The translations under genes and the position numbers were made by a program. From the NCBI GenBank assembly GCA_043825735.1, contig JBDRRP010000020.1:1-51934 (forward strand): 51,934 nt of DNA, given 5' to 3'. The stretch comes from Pseudomonadota bacterium. Its GTDB lineage: Bacteria > Desulfobacterota > Desulfobacteria > Desulfobacterales > JBDRRP01. A model generated the notes under the pieces. That model did no database searches and was not told where the DNA came from. It saw nothing but the letters and a program-made list of their open reading frames with translations. Numbering within the stretch: position 1 is the stretch's first letter; every line of letters starts with the position of its first letter. Positions 22,365 to 31,720 of the stretch are shown here, one piece after another.

Positions 22365-23066
22365 TCATAAAGCAGAACGGTTTCGCTCAAAAACCAGGAG
22401 GTGCCTCTGACCATGGCCTTGAGGAAGGTTGAATACGAAAACACTCACCATGAGGTGATACCCCAGCGTGTCTTCCATGGCCTCCCTTTCGGCGGAAGCC
22501 ATGAAACCATCGCATTCATCGGCACCTTGTGGCCCTCGCATGGCAATGATGCGCGCGTTTTCACCGGCAAACGGTGACGCCGCCCGAAGTGTTACAGGCA
22601 GATCTCCGAGGGCACGGCTCACCACGGCATCGAAGCTTTTCTGAAACTGCGGCCAAAGGTGAATGTCATCGGCCCTAGCGTGAATCGCATCCACATTGGG
22701 CACTCCACGCGCCCGTATGAGGTACTGGAGAAAACTGATTTTTTTCCGGACCGCATCCACCAGCACTACGCGGCTCTCAGGCATCATGGCTGCCACCACC
22801 ATACCTGGGAATCCGCCACCCGTACCGATATCCATAATGTTTCGGCAACCGCCGAGATGTGGGATCAGTGCCAGTGAATCGACAAAATGACGAATGGCCA
22901 CCTCGTCGGCGGCAACGATGCGCGTGAGATTGGTCCGCTCGTTCCATGCGAGAAGCGTCTGTGCATAGGCGGCAAAAAAGGTCATTTGCGCAGAAGACAC
23001 CGTAACACCGTGCATCGATGCACCGTCGGAAACAATGGCGTTCCATTCTGTGGAACCGATTTGCAT
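22365..23066 (-). CDS. rsmG: 16S rRNA (guanine527-N7) methyltransferase
   Basis: WNERTNLT, HFVDSL, DIGTGGGFPG and SRAL motifs. Confidence 0.95.
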   Translation of the reverse strand: MQIGSTEWNAIVSDGASMHGVTVSSAQMTFFAAYAQTLLAWNERTNLTRIVAADEVAIRHFVDSLALIPHLGGCRNIMDIGTGGGFPGMVVAAMMPESRVVLVDAVRKKISFLQYLIRARGVPNVDAIHARADDIHLWPQFQKSFDAVVSRALGDLPVTLRAASPFAGENARIIAMRGPQGADECDGFMASAEREAMEDTLGYHLMVSVFVFNLPQGHGQRHLLVFERNRSAL

Positions 23067-23107
23067 TCATCACATCCTTTGAGCCAGTCTCTCAACAGCC
23101 ATGCAGA

Positions 23108-25015
23108 CTAAGGCGTACAGGTGGGGTTGCTCTTCGAAGGCTGGTCCGAAATGGCTACCGCATCGTCGAAGGACATGACGATACTCAAATCACCACCGCT
23201 GAAAGAGGTCTTGGCGTTGGGATAGCGTTTCTTGAACACCCGGATCATGGAGGCGTTTTCACGAAGCACCGTGGCAGAAAACGATTTGTAGTTGTTTTCG
23301 ATGGCGATACTCTCAAGGAATTCCAGCAGAAATGCACCGATCCTATTGCCCTGAAAGTCTTCTCTGACCACGAAGGCGACTTCGGCGCAATCAGCAGACT
23401 CCTCCGCATAGCTACCGATAGCCATGATCTCTTTTCTCCCCTTGGTCTGCACCAAACCGATGACCGACATGTTTTTCCGGTAGTCGACGCTAGCCCACTG
23501 GCGCTGGGCCACCTCATGGGAAAAAATCTTCATCTTGTAAAAAAACCGCATGTAGATGGTTTCTTCCTGAAGGGAATAAAAAAAGTTGCGATACATGAAT
23601 TCATCTGACGGCAGCAACGGTCTGAATTCGATGACTTTTCCGTTTTTCAGTTTCATAGTGGTTTTGTAATTTTCCAGAAACAGCATGTCTTCCTGAGCGG
23701 GCGGCATCTGATCCCTGAAAATATAATGGCGTTTTCGGGCCACATCGATGAGCTCCGCCCTGAACTTGGGATGCGCCACCTGGGCAAGTTCCATGACCCG
23801 TTGATAAATACTTTTCCCATGCAGGGTGGCGATGCCGTATTCGGTGACAATGAAGTTGACGTCACCACGCGTAGTGGCCACACCTGCCCCTTCGCTGAGA
23901 TGCGGAACGATTCGTGAAACGGTGTCGTTCTGTGCCGTGGAAGGCAGGGCAATGATGGAAAACCCTCCCTTGCTCATGGCGCTGCCCCGGATGAAATCGA
24001 CCTGGTCCCCGATGCCCGAATAAAATAGGTAGCCCATGGAATCAGTGCTGACCTGGCCGGTGAGATCGACTTCGAGGGCAGAGCTGATGGATACCAGGTT
24101 ATCGTTTCGGGCGATCACAGTCGGATCGTTGACGAATTCAGATGACCTAAAATAAAAGGCTGGGTTATTGTCCACGAACTGGTAGATTTTTTCTGAGCCC
24201 ATGCACAGCGAGGCAACGACCCTTCCGGGCAACAAGGATTTCTTCCGGTTGGTGATGACCCCCTTTTCGAACAACGGCAACAACCCGTCGGTGATCAACT
24301 GGGTGTGAATACCCAAGTCGTTCTTATTGTCGAGATATTTCAAAATGGCGTAGGGAAGATGGCCAAAGCCGATCTGCAGCGTTGCACCGTCTTCTACCAA
24401 CTGGTTGACGTAAAACCCGATTCGCATGGCCACTTCTTCGTTCTTTGATGTGGGCAGGCTTTCCACGAGGGGCTCTTCATGCATCACGATATAGTCGATG
24501 TCGTTGACATGAACGAAGCTGTCACCCCATGTTCGCGGCATCCGTGGATTGACCTGCGCGATGACCATCTTGGCGTTCTCAATGCCCGATAAGGTAATGT
24601 CCACGCTGACACCGAGGCTGCAGTATCCGAAGCGATCCGGAGGGCTGACTTGAACGAGCGCCACATCGAGACCGATTTGCTGCCGCGAAAACAGTCGTGG
24701 GATTTGCGAAAGGTACATGGGCAGGTAGTCGATCTTGCCGTCGAATGCGGCCTGCCGCATGGGCGCGCTGATGAAAAAGAGTTTGAGCGCGAACCGGCGA
24801 AAAAACGATGGGTCGTCAACGAATTCGGCCAGCGTGTGAGAGAGCATCTGGTAGACCTGGATATCCTGCAAGCCCACATCGTTGGCCATCGCACGGATGA
24901 GGTGCTGGGGTTCGCCGCAGGCAGTGCCGATAAACACGCGGCTCCCCTGCCGGATCTTCGTCATCGCCTCTTTGGCGGAAACAATTTTTTCAGGGCAGTA
25001 CTGTTGGAGATTCAT
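23108..25015 (-). CDS. Acetyl-CoA hydrolase/transferase fused to a C-terminal GNAT domain
   Basis: ATLQIGFG, EVDLTGQV, SGIGDQVDFIRG and VTEYGIA; GNAT AEVAFVVREDFQGNRIG. True start is MNLQQ at 25015 after AAGGAG. Confidence 0.9.
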   Translation of the reverse strand: MNLQQYCPEKIVSAKEAMTKIRQGSRVFIGTACGEPQHLIRAMANDVGLQDIQVYQMLSHTLAEFVDDPSFFRRFALKLFFISAPMRQAAFDGKIDYLPMYLSQIPRLFSRQQIGLDVALVQVSPPDRFGYCSLGVSVDITLSGIENAKMVIAQVNPRMPRTWGDSFVHVNDIDYIVMHEEPLVESLPTSKNEEVAMRIGFYVNQLVEDGATLQIGFGHLPYAILKYLDNKNDLGIHTQLITDGLLPLFEKGVITNRKKSLLPGRVVASLCMGSEKIYQFVDNNPAFYFRSSEFVNDPTVIARNDNLVSISSALEVDLTGQVSTDSMGYLFYSGIGDQVDFIRGSAMSKGGFSIIALPSTAQNDTVSRIVPHLSEGAGVATTRGDVNFIVTEYGIATLHGKSIYQRVMELAQVAHPKFRAELIDVARKRHYIFRDQMPPAQEDMLFLENYKTTMKLKNGKVIEFRPLLPSDEFMYRNFFYSLQEETIYMRFFYKMKIFSHEVAQRQWASVDYRKNMSVIGLVQTKGRKEIMAIGSYAEESADCAEVAFVVREDFQGNRIGAFLLEFLESIAIENNYKSFSATVLRENASMIRVFKKRYPNAKTSFSGGDLSIVMSFDDAVAISDQPSKSNPTCTP

Positions 25016-25032
25016 GGGCGGCTCCTTGTACT

Positions 25033-25165
25033 TTGATGTCCCCGTAAAAAGTCGGATGCCTCTTTTGCTGCCATCCCGGCGAAAGCCAGGATCCTGTGAT
25101 TTCAAATGCTTCTGGATTCCAGATCACGTCCGGCATTTCGATCGGAAGACTTTTTGCGGATTCAT
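25033..25165. repeat. MITE-like palindromic element
   Basis: Ends TTGATGTCCCCGTAAAAAGTC / GACTTTTTGCGGATTCAT resemble those of 3433-3567; the interior is different (catcccggcgaaagccaggatcc...ggattccagatcacgtccgg). Confidence 0.65.
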
Positions 25166-25638
25166 GGACTTTATCCTTGGGATGCCAATATGATATATAT
25201 GTGATCATATCGTCAAGAAAAAGGATCACTCAGATGCCATGCAGACTATGCCGCCTTTTGCCGTGGCCGGCCTATTTCAGAGATTTTCCGGGCACGCATG
25301 GCCGTATGAAGCGGAGATTTTTTTGGTTATCCAGAATGCCCCAGCCGTTTCACTGGCGGTTGATTTGCTCGGGATCGAAATCGCAATCGGGATCGAAAGC
25401 GATTTATACATTCTGAGATCGGCCGATTAATGGCGCCAGTGGCAGGGGCGATCTCGCCGTGTTCTTGCTCCGCACAATGACATTTCGATTTGGGTGGCTT
25501 GCCCTATCAATCCGATTCATTCTTGGCAATACGGCGCGCAGGTCAGTTGATCATTGAAAAACGGTGATAACTGCGGCACTGGAGCTTCACAGAGATCCAG
25601 ATAATCTTGTGAGAAACTATAGCCATTGATCTTTTTTG

Positions 25639-25666
25639 TTGACATCACCGGTTTCGATTGTATAAT
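25639..25666 (+). promoter_or_regulatory. Consensus sigma70 promoter of fusA
   Basis: TTGACA-16 nt-TATAAT. Confidence 0.8.
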
Positions 25667-25807
25667 AGCGTGTTTACATACATCTGAAGCCAAAATCGCA
25701 GGTCGATGGCAAATTCCCCGTCCGGTATGAAACCCTTGGCGGGGGTTTTTTTTTCCAGAAACGCCCCGAGGCACCAACAGACGCAACCACAAGAAGGACT
25801 GAAGACC

Positions 25808-27895
25808 ATGAAAGGCGAATTTAAACGAATCCGAAACATCGGAATCAGCGCACACATCGATTCCGGCAAGACGACCCTGACCGAGCGCATCCTTTTTTAC
25901 ACAAACCGGATCCACACGATCCACGATGTCAAAGGCAAGGATGGTGTCGGCGCCACCATGGACTCAATGGAACTGGAAAAGGAGCGCGGGATCACCATTG
26001 CCTCGGCGGCGACCTACTGCGAGTGGGACGGCCATGAAATCAACATCATCGATACCCCCGGACATGTGGATTTCACCATCGAAGTCGAACGGTCATTGAG
26101 GGTACTTGACGGGGCGATTCTGGTGTTATGTGCGGTGGGCGGTGTTCAGTCTCAGTCCATCACGGTGGACCTGCAGATGAAACGCTACAAGGTGCCCGCC
26201 ATCGCTTTTGTCAACAAGTGCGACCGCAGCGGTGCCAGTCCTACGCGGGTGATTCGTCAGTTGAGGGAAAAACTCGGGCATAACGCCGTGGCCATGCAGC
26301 TTCCCATCGGCCTCGAAGCCGACTATAAAGGCGTCGTGGACCTGGTGCGCATGAGGGCCATCTATTACGACGGCCCCAATGGTGAAACCCTTCGTTTTGA
26401 ACCCATTCCAGACGCCCTCCAGGCAGAGGCCGTCGAGGCGCGCGAACGCCTCCTGGATGCAGCCTCTGTTTTCTCAGACGAACTGACCGAAGCTATTCTT
26501 GAAGAAAGTGCCATCCCTGAGGCGCTGATAATCGCTGCGGTGCGCGCAGGAGTACTCAAGCGTCAACTCACGCCGGTGTTCATGGGCTCCGCCTATAAGA
26601 ACAAAGGCGTTCAGAGTCTGCTTGACGGGGTGACCCAGTATCTGCCTTATCCGGCGGAGGTAGAAAACCAGGCCCTGGACATGGACCATGACGAGGCCCC
26701 TGTTTTTCTCAATGCCGATCCGAATGCGCCGCTAGTGGCGCTGGCATTTAAATTGGAAGACGGTCAATACGGCCAGCTCACCTATATTCGAGTATACCAA
26801 GGGCACCTCAAAAAAGGCGACACCGCCATCAACACGCGGTCGGGTAAAAAGATCAAGATCGGCCGTCTGGTGAGGATGCACGCCAGCCAGATGGAAGACA
26901 TCGACAAGATTCCTGCCGGCTACATCGGCGCGCTCTTCGGCATCGATTGCCATTCAGGAGACACATTTGCCGCCCCCGGTCTAAACCTTTCTATGACGTC
27001 CATGTTCGTCCCGGAGCCTGTCATCTCACTGAGCATCGTGCCGGCAGACAACAAATCCCAAATCAACATGTCCAAAGCCTTGAACCGTTTTTCCAAGGAA
27101 GATCCGACATTTCGAACCTTCGTCAACGACGAAACCGGCGACACCATCATCGAGGGCATGGGCGAGCTTCATCTTGAAGTCTACGTTGAGCGCATGCGCC
27201 GTGAGTACGACGCCTCGGTCACCACCGGACAGCCCCAGGTGGCCTACCGCGAGACCATCACCCAGCGCGCAGAATTCAACTACACCCACAAAAAACAGAC
27301 CGGCGGCTCCGGTCAGTACGGCCGTATTGCCGGATGGGTCGAGCCGGTGGCAGATGCCGATTTTGTTTTCGAAAATAAGGTCACCGGCGGCTCCATTCCC
27401 ACGGCGTACATTCCTGCCTGTGAAAAGGGCTTTGCATCCTGCATGAAAAAAGGCCCGAAAATGGAGTTTCCGGTATCCGGCATCAAGGTGGTCATCAACG
27501 ATGGTGCAGCCCACTCGGTGGACAGCTCAGACATGGCTTTCCAGGCTGCCGCTCGAGGCGCCTTCAGGGAAGTATACAGCAGAGCCAAACCGGTGATCCT
27601 TGAACCGATCATGAAGGTGGTGGCGGAAACGCCCACCGAGTTTCAGGGTGCGGTGATGGGACTGCTCAACCAGCGCCGAGGGATCATCGTCGGCGCCCAG
27701 GACGAAGGCCCCATGTGTACTATTGAAGGGCAGGTCCCCCTGGCGGAAATGTTTGGTTTCTCCACCGTGCTTCGGAGCTCTACCCAGGGCAAAGCACAGT
27801 TTACCATGGAGTTCGACACATATCGCCAGGTACCGGTATCGATCGCTGAAGAACTGATCAAAAAAGCGGCTGAAACGAAGAAGAAGGTGGCGTAA
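25808..27895 (+). CDS. fusA: Elongation factor G (stand-alone, spd/mitochondrial EF-G1-like)
   Basis: [44 protein letters not shown] and HSVDSS. Start set at ATG 25808 after AAGGA. Confidence 0.96.
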   Translation: MKGEFKRIRNIGISAHIDSGKTTLTERILFYTNRIHTIHDVKGKDGVGATMDSMELEKERGITIASAATYCEWDGHEINIIDTPGHVDFTIEVERSLRVLDGAILVLCAVGGVQSQSITVDLQMKRYKVPAIAFVNKCDRSGASPTRVIRQLREKLGHNAVAMQLPIGLEADYKGVVDLVRMRAIYYDGPNGETLRFEPIPDALQAEAVEARERLLDAASVFSDELTEAILEESAIPEALIIAAVRAGVLKRQLTPVFMGSAYKNKGVQSLLDGVTQYLPYPAEVENQALDMDHDEAPVFLNADPNAPLVALAFKLEDGQYGQLTYIRVYQGHLKKGDTAINTRSGKKIKIGRLVRMHASQMEDIDKIPAGYIGALFGIDCHSGDTFAAPGLNLSMTSMFVPEPVISLSIVPADNKSQINMSKALNRFSKEDPTFRTFVNDETGDTIIEGMGELHLEVYVERMRREYDASVTTGQPQVAYRETITQRAEFNYTHKKQTGGSGQYGRIAGWVEPVADADFVFENKVTGGSIPTAYIPACEKGFASCMKKGPKMEFPVSGIKVVINDGAAHSVDSSDMAFQAAARGAFREVYSRAKPVILEPIMKVVAETPTEFQGAVMGLLNQRRGIIVGAQDEGPMCTIEGQVPLAEMFGFSTVLRSSTQGKAQFTMEFDTYRQVPVSIAEELIKKAAETKKKVA

Positions 27896-28024
27896 CGAGG
27901 TCACATGCCGTCATTCAGTATCACCGCCAAGGTGACGCCTTCGACTCAGAGCATCGTCTCGGAGCCACGCCTGACGATTCCCGATGCGTCGTCGATCGTC
28001 TACCTGAAGGAAAGGACCCTTAAC

Positions 28025-28732
28025 ATGCTTAAAAACGATTTGATCCAACGCAATCCGTTGCGGTTTCTCAACGAACGTAACGAGAACGCCCTGGACGTCG
28101 GCGAATTCGGCGGTATCCTGGCCCGCGCCGGTGTGGGAAAAACCGCACTCATCGTTCAGTTGGCCATGAACGCAATGCTCAAGGGCCATCGTGTCCTGCA
28201 CATCAGCCTCACGGATCCGGTCAACAAAGTCAATCTGTGGTACCAGGAAGTCTACCGGCATTTGACTCATGGTGACGACGCCGCCCAGGCCCGGACGCTT
28301 TGGGAGCAGTTGCTGCCGTACCGGTTCATCATGACCTTCAAAGCAGAAGGCTTTCGCCTGCCGGTACTGGCCGAGCGCCTCGGGGATCTCAGGGAGCAAA
28401 ACATCTTCACCCCCACGGTCATCATAATGGACGGATACCCCTTCGAAGAAGCCGGTCATGAAAACCTTGCGGCCCTAAAGGCTTTTTCAAAAGGCAGTGG
28501 AATGCGCGTCTGGTTCACTGTCCGTACCCATCGTCATGAGACTTCGGATGAAATCGGTTTGCCGGCCCAGTTGAGTAATCTTAACGAGTTGTTTGATGTG
28601 CTGGTCCAACTGCAGCCCGACGGCAAAGTGATCAACATAGAAGTGCTCAAAGGCATGGACGCCGCCGCCACCCCTTCCACGCTGGTTCTGGACCCCACCA
28701 CCATGCTCATCGTAGACGGACGGCAATTGTAA
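28025..28732 (+). CDS. RecA/KaiC/DnaB-like P-loop protein of unknown function
   Basis: ARAGVGKT Walker A and IIMDG. Start set at ATG 28025 after AAGGAAAGGA. Confidence 0.7.
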   Translation: MLKNDLIQRNPLRFLNERNENALDVGEFGGILARAGVGKTALIVQLAMNAMLKGHRVLHISLTDPVNKVNLWYQEVYRHLTHGDDAAQARTLWEQLLPYRFIMTFKAEGFRLPVLAERLGDLREQNIFTPTVIIMDGYPFEEAGHENLAALKAFSKGSGMRVWFTVRTHRHETSDEIGLPAQLSNLNELFDVLVQLQPDGKVINIEVLKGMDAAATPSTLVLDPTTMLIVDGRQL

Positions 28733-28948
28733 CACGGTTGAACTGATTTCGCGTCCCAAGCGTCCTTCCCAATGATGCCGCTGCCCCGTGACCGGGCCAG
28801 CGGCATTTTAAATGCGCGTTTTTCCCTATCAATACGGCCTATCTTGACAGCCTGGATGGTGTTGATTACGGTGGAAGTGCATTTGAGAACCATTGTCATA
28901 AAAACGTTCCATTTATGCAAACATACCTGATCTTGGGGGATACCACCG

Positions 28949-29143
28949 ATGACTAACGAACGAAATGCCATCATGGATCACGGTGGACGGCGTCTGGGTA
29001 TCGACAGGCGGCAGATCGCTTTGCCTCATCCCGGTGTCGATCGACGCTCCGGCGATGAACGTCGTGCCGATGGTGATCGTCGAGCAGCATGGTCCTTTAG
29101 CGCTGGATCAGATGAGCGCCGCGAAACCTTCCACCTCAAATAA
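28949..29143 (+). CDS. Small Arg-rich (D/E)RR-repeat protein
   Basis: 64 aa with GRRLGIDRR, DRRSGDERRADGDRR and DERR; GGGGA RBS. Confidence 0.6.
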   Translation: MTNERNAIMDHGGRRLGIDRRQIALPHPGVDRRSGDERRADGDRRAAWSFSAGSDERRETFHLK

Positions 29144-29209
29144 CACCAGTGGCCTGGCACCCATAGCCCATTACCGCAGCGCTCTTTTGGAATATCGAGA
29201 GGGGGAGAA

Positions 29210-29572
29210 ATGGGTAAAATCGGAGAAGCGATCAAACACTTGCTTGAAAAACGGCAGGAAGCCCGGCATCCCTACGAAGTGGAAGTCAACTACGACATCC
29301 ACCAAAAAGCCTTTCAGGATTACATTCGGGACATCAGCCGGGGAGGCACGTTCATTCGCACCAAGAACCAGATCGCCGTGGGGCATAGGGTTTCACTGTC
29401 CATCCCCTTGGACCACCTCGAGTGCGAAGTCCACTTCATCGGAGAGATCGCACGAAAGGACCATGAGGGGATCGGCATCAAATTTCTCGACATTCGACCC
29501 GAAGACGAAGCCGCCATCGCCAGTTTTATAGCGGCGCTCGACGCCAGAGCTGCACAGCCGCTATCGCCGTGA
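29210..29572 (+). CDS. PilZ-domain protein
   Basis: EKRQEAR (RxxxR) and DISRGG (D/NxSxxG), ending GIGIKF. Confidence 0.88.
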   Translation: MGKIGEAIKHLLEKRQEARHPYEVEVNYDIHQKAFQDYIRDISRGGTFIRTKNQIAVGHRVSLSIPLDHLECEVHFIGEIARKDHEGIGIKFLDIRPEDEAAIASFIAALDARAAQPLSP

Positions 29573-29607
29573 TCTTCAACAGTCTCCGGCTGCCGGCGAA
29601 CGAAGAT

Positions 29608-29650
29608 AAAAAAAGCCGTCATCCTTTAAAAAAAGGATGACGGCTTTTTT
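29608..29650. terminator. Bidirectional intrinsic terminator (also downstream of the tRNA 3' end on the minus strand)
   Basis: AAAAAAAGCCGTCATCCTTT-aaa-AAAAGGATGACGGCTTTTTT. Confidence 0.9.
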
Positions 29651-29651
29651 G

Positions 29652-29670
29652 TGGTGCCGAAGGGGAGATT
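29652..29670 (-). other. att site: displaced 3' end of a tRNA (probably tRNA-Leu)
   Basis: Minus strand AATCTCCCCTTCGGCACCA gives the 3' T-arm strand, acceptor stem and CCA, directly followed by a terminator. The tRNA 5' part is absent. Confidence 0.8.
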
Positions 29671-30208
29671 GGATGGGGAGTCGTAACATACTGAAATTAT
29701 TAAACTGGAAATGGAGTGGTTGCGGGTATTTTGCCGGGTTTTGCAACCTATCCGCAACCATTTTCCACGATTTGCAGACCATCGCTGGATGGAGGCAAAA
29801 ACCGCACCTTCAGACCACCGCCCTACCCTTTTCGCCTGCAGGCCATCTCCGGCCTCACCGGCCAGAACCACCAACTTAATCCAATTGAACTCAAATCAAC
29901 TTAAATTTACCCAGCCGAGCTGTCCATCGCCGACCAGCCCCGGAAAAAATCACGTCGCTGATCGAATCCAACTCTAAAATGAAAGTGTGTGTCCCTTCCA
30001 TCCTGTAATTGGTCATCACGAAATGACAGATCTGATCGATGGTAACGCCAGCACTCATGTCTCGCCCTCACGCTATCCAGCGCCCCCCTTGGAACCCGTC
30101 AACCGGTATCCTGACAATCTCCGGAGGATGTTAAATCGTTTAGCTTGCTCATGACCCGTCAAATACGCGGAGTCCGATATTAAAAAACAGGACTGAAACT
30201 ACCCGAAA

Positions 30209-30757
30209 TTAGGAAGGTTTTAGTTGGATTTTCCGTCCATTGGGTCCGGATGCCCAGGTATTCCCAAAATTGCCCATATCAAGAGGCCTGCCCTCTCCGT
30301 AAAGCTTATGCGTCCTCAATGAATGACCGCAATACTTACATTTGTATTTGTAAGGAGGGTCTGGCGTGCACTGTGGCAAACTACTGTCCACTCCATCTGC
30401 TTCTTTGCAAAAATGGCAATATTTTTCGTACGGTTCTATTAACTTTTCGAAAATAGTTGGGGCTTCAACTGGATCATAGGGGCATTCATCGAAATTTACA
30501 TTTCCATGCGCATTGTATTCATTGCTCTGTTCGAGTAACCAGTCGTCGTCATCAATATCGGGATCAGGTTCATAGGTTGCCATCTGCAAATTCGTCAGGC
30601 AATCACATTGATGGATAAAATAGGTGTTACCATGTGCGTCGCAATCAAGCTTGGAGCATGGCGTATTGCAGAATGGACATGGTTGTTGATTTCTTTGCGC
30701 CCAAAATATCCAATCCATCATCTGACCCGGGGTAATCTGATTTGGATTCATGGGCAT
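30209..30757 (-). CDS. Cys-rich hypothetical protein (putative multi-zinc-binding), AT-rich
   Basis: CPFC, CDC, CHFC and CKYCGH motifs plus an acidic tract; GAGAGGA RBS. Confidence 0.6.
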   Translation of the reverse strand: MPMNPNQITPGQMMDWIFWAQRNQQPCPFCNTPCSKLDCDAHGNTYFIHQCDCLTNLQMATYEPDPDIDDDDWLLEQSNEYNAHGNVNFDECPYDPVEAPTIFEKLIEPYEKYCHFCKEADGVDSSLPQCTPDPPYKYKCKYCGHSLRTHKLYGEGRPLDMGNFGNTWASGPNGRKIQLKPS

Positions 30758-30973
30758 TTCCTCTCTCAGATTTCAATAATCCATGGCTTATGAACACGGA
30801 TGGTAAGGTTCTGTCGAAATATTGAGAAAATTTATCCGGGCCAATCCATCACCTCTGCAATAACCGGCGCCGGCAACGGCCGAGGCAGAATGGTGGTACC
30901 CAGGGCATCCCCATCACCAATTTCAGTCACTCGTCTTAAAGCAAAATCGAAGCGCTTAAATTACCATGAGGCA

Positions 30974-31720
30974 TTATTTCAGGATGACGAGGTCATCATC
31001 CAGCCCGTGGCGGAGACTATCGAGCCTGGGGGAATATATTCTAATGGTTTCGACCTGAATCGGTTTGATCCTCAAAGGGAAGTAGCTCGGGCTGTCAAGC
31101 AAGTCTCTGAGCGGAGCCGAGCCGTTAGAACGTGCATGAAGAGCGGCTTCGGTCAGCCAAGCGATCATACGTTGGTCTTCGACGAAAAGAGTTGGCCCGG
31201 ATGAGTATATACCCTTTGAGCCGGTTTCCTTAAGCACACCCCAGTCCAGAAACGAACGCAACACGCGCCGTGCTGCTCGGGAGACAGTCTCCCGTTCACC
31301 ATATTGCTCGCGGACCCGGCGCTGGACATGAGCCGCTGCAGCGGAACCTTGCAGCCTCAGAAGCCGACCGGCCTGGGTGGCTACGCCCGACCAGAACGGA
31401 TAAGCAGCTGTTACCATGCCCCAATGGATGGCCAGATGGTCGGATCGCAGAGCATGTTTGAGTAGGTCCAATCCCTCGTCGCGCAGGGCCTTGAGTTCGC
31501 TTGGAACCGTTAGCCACGTCTTAAGGAGAATCGTGATGATTTTTTCACGATTGCCGCGCTCAGCCTTCCCACCCACAGACACCTTGTCTTTCAAAAGCTC
31601 CTGCAGAGCCTCATTGATCACAGATTTGTCATTTCCTGCCAGGACCAGATTGGCAGTTCGTTCAAACCATTCCAGCCGCACTCGCTGGCTGAATCCGATC
31701 TGATCTGTTCTCCGTGTCAT
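30974..31720 (-). CDS. brxA: BREX type 3 BrxA-like protein
   Basis: IGFSQRVRLEW...HWGMVTAAYPFW...YGERETVSRAARRVLRSFLDWGVL; ATG 31720 overlaps the pglZ stop; last gene of the operon. Confidence 0.8.
   Translation of the reverse strand: MTRRTDQIGFSQRVRLEWFERTANLVLAGNDKSVINEALQELLKDKVSVGGKAERGNREKIITILLKTWLTVPSELKALRDEGLDLLKHALRSDHLAIHWGMVTAAYPFWSGVATQAGRLLRLQGSAAAAHVQRRVREQYGERETVSRAARRVLRSFLDWGVLKETGSKGIYSSGPTLFVEDQRMIAWLTEAALHARSNGSAPLRDLLDSPSYFPLRIKPIQVETIRIYSPRLDSLRHGLDDDLVILK

Noticed and set aside
25016..25105. N-terminal extension of the CoA hydrolase
   Set aside because: It reads through the MITE-like repeat; the RBS supports the start at 25015. The same logic was used to shorten the pilin, fusA, brxA and SSAP ORFs.
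29576..29740. Complete tRNA gene
   Set aside because: Only the last 19 nt are tRNA-like; there is no D-arm, anticodon arm or intact T-loop upstream, so it is called an att fragment.
30800..31204. 134-aa plus-strand ORF
   Set aside because: Largely antisense to brxA, with no recognisable motif.
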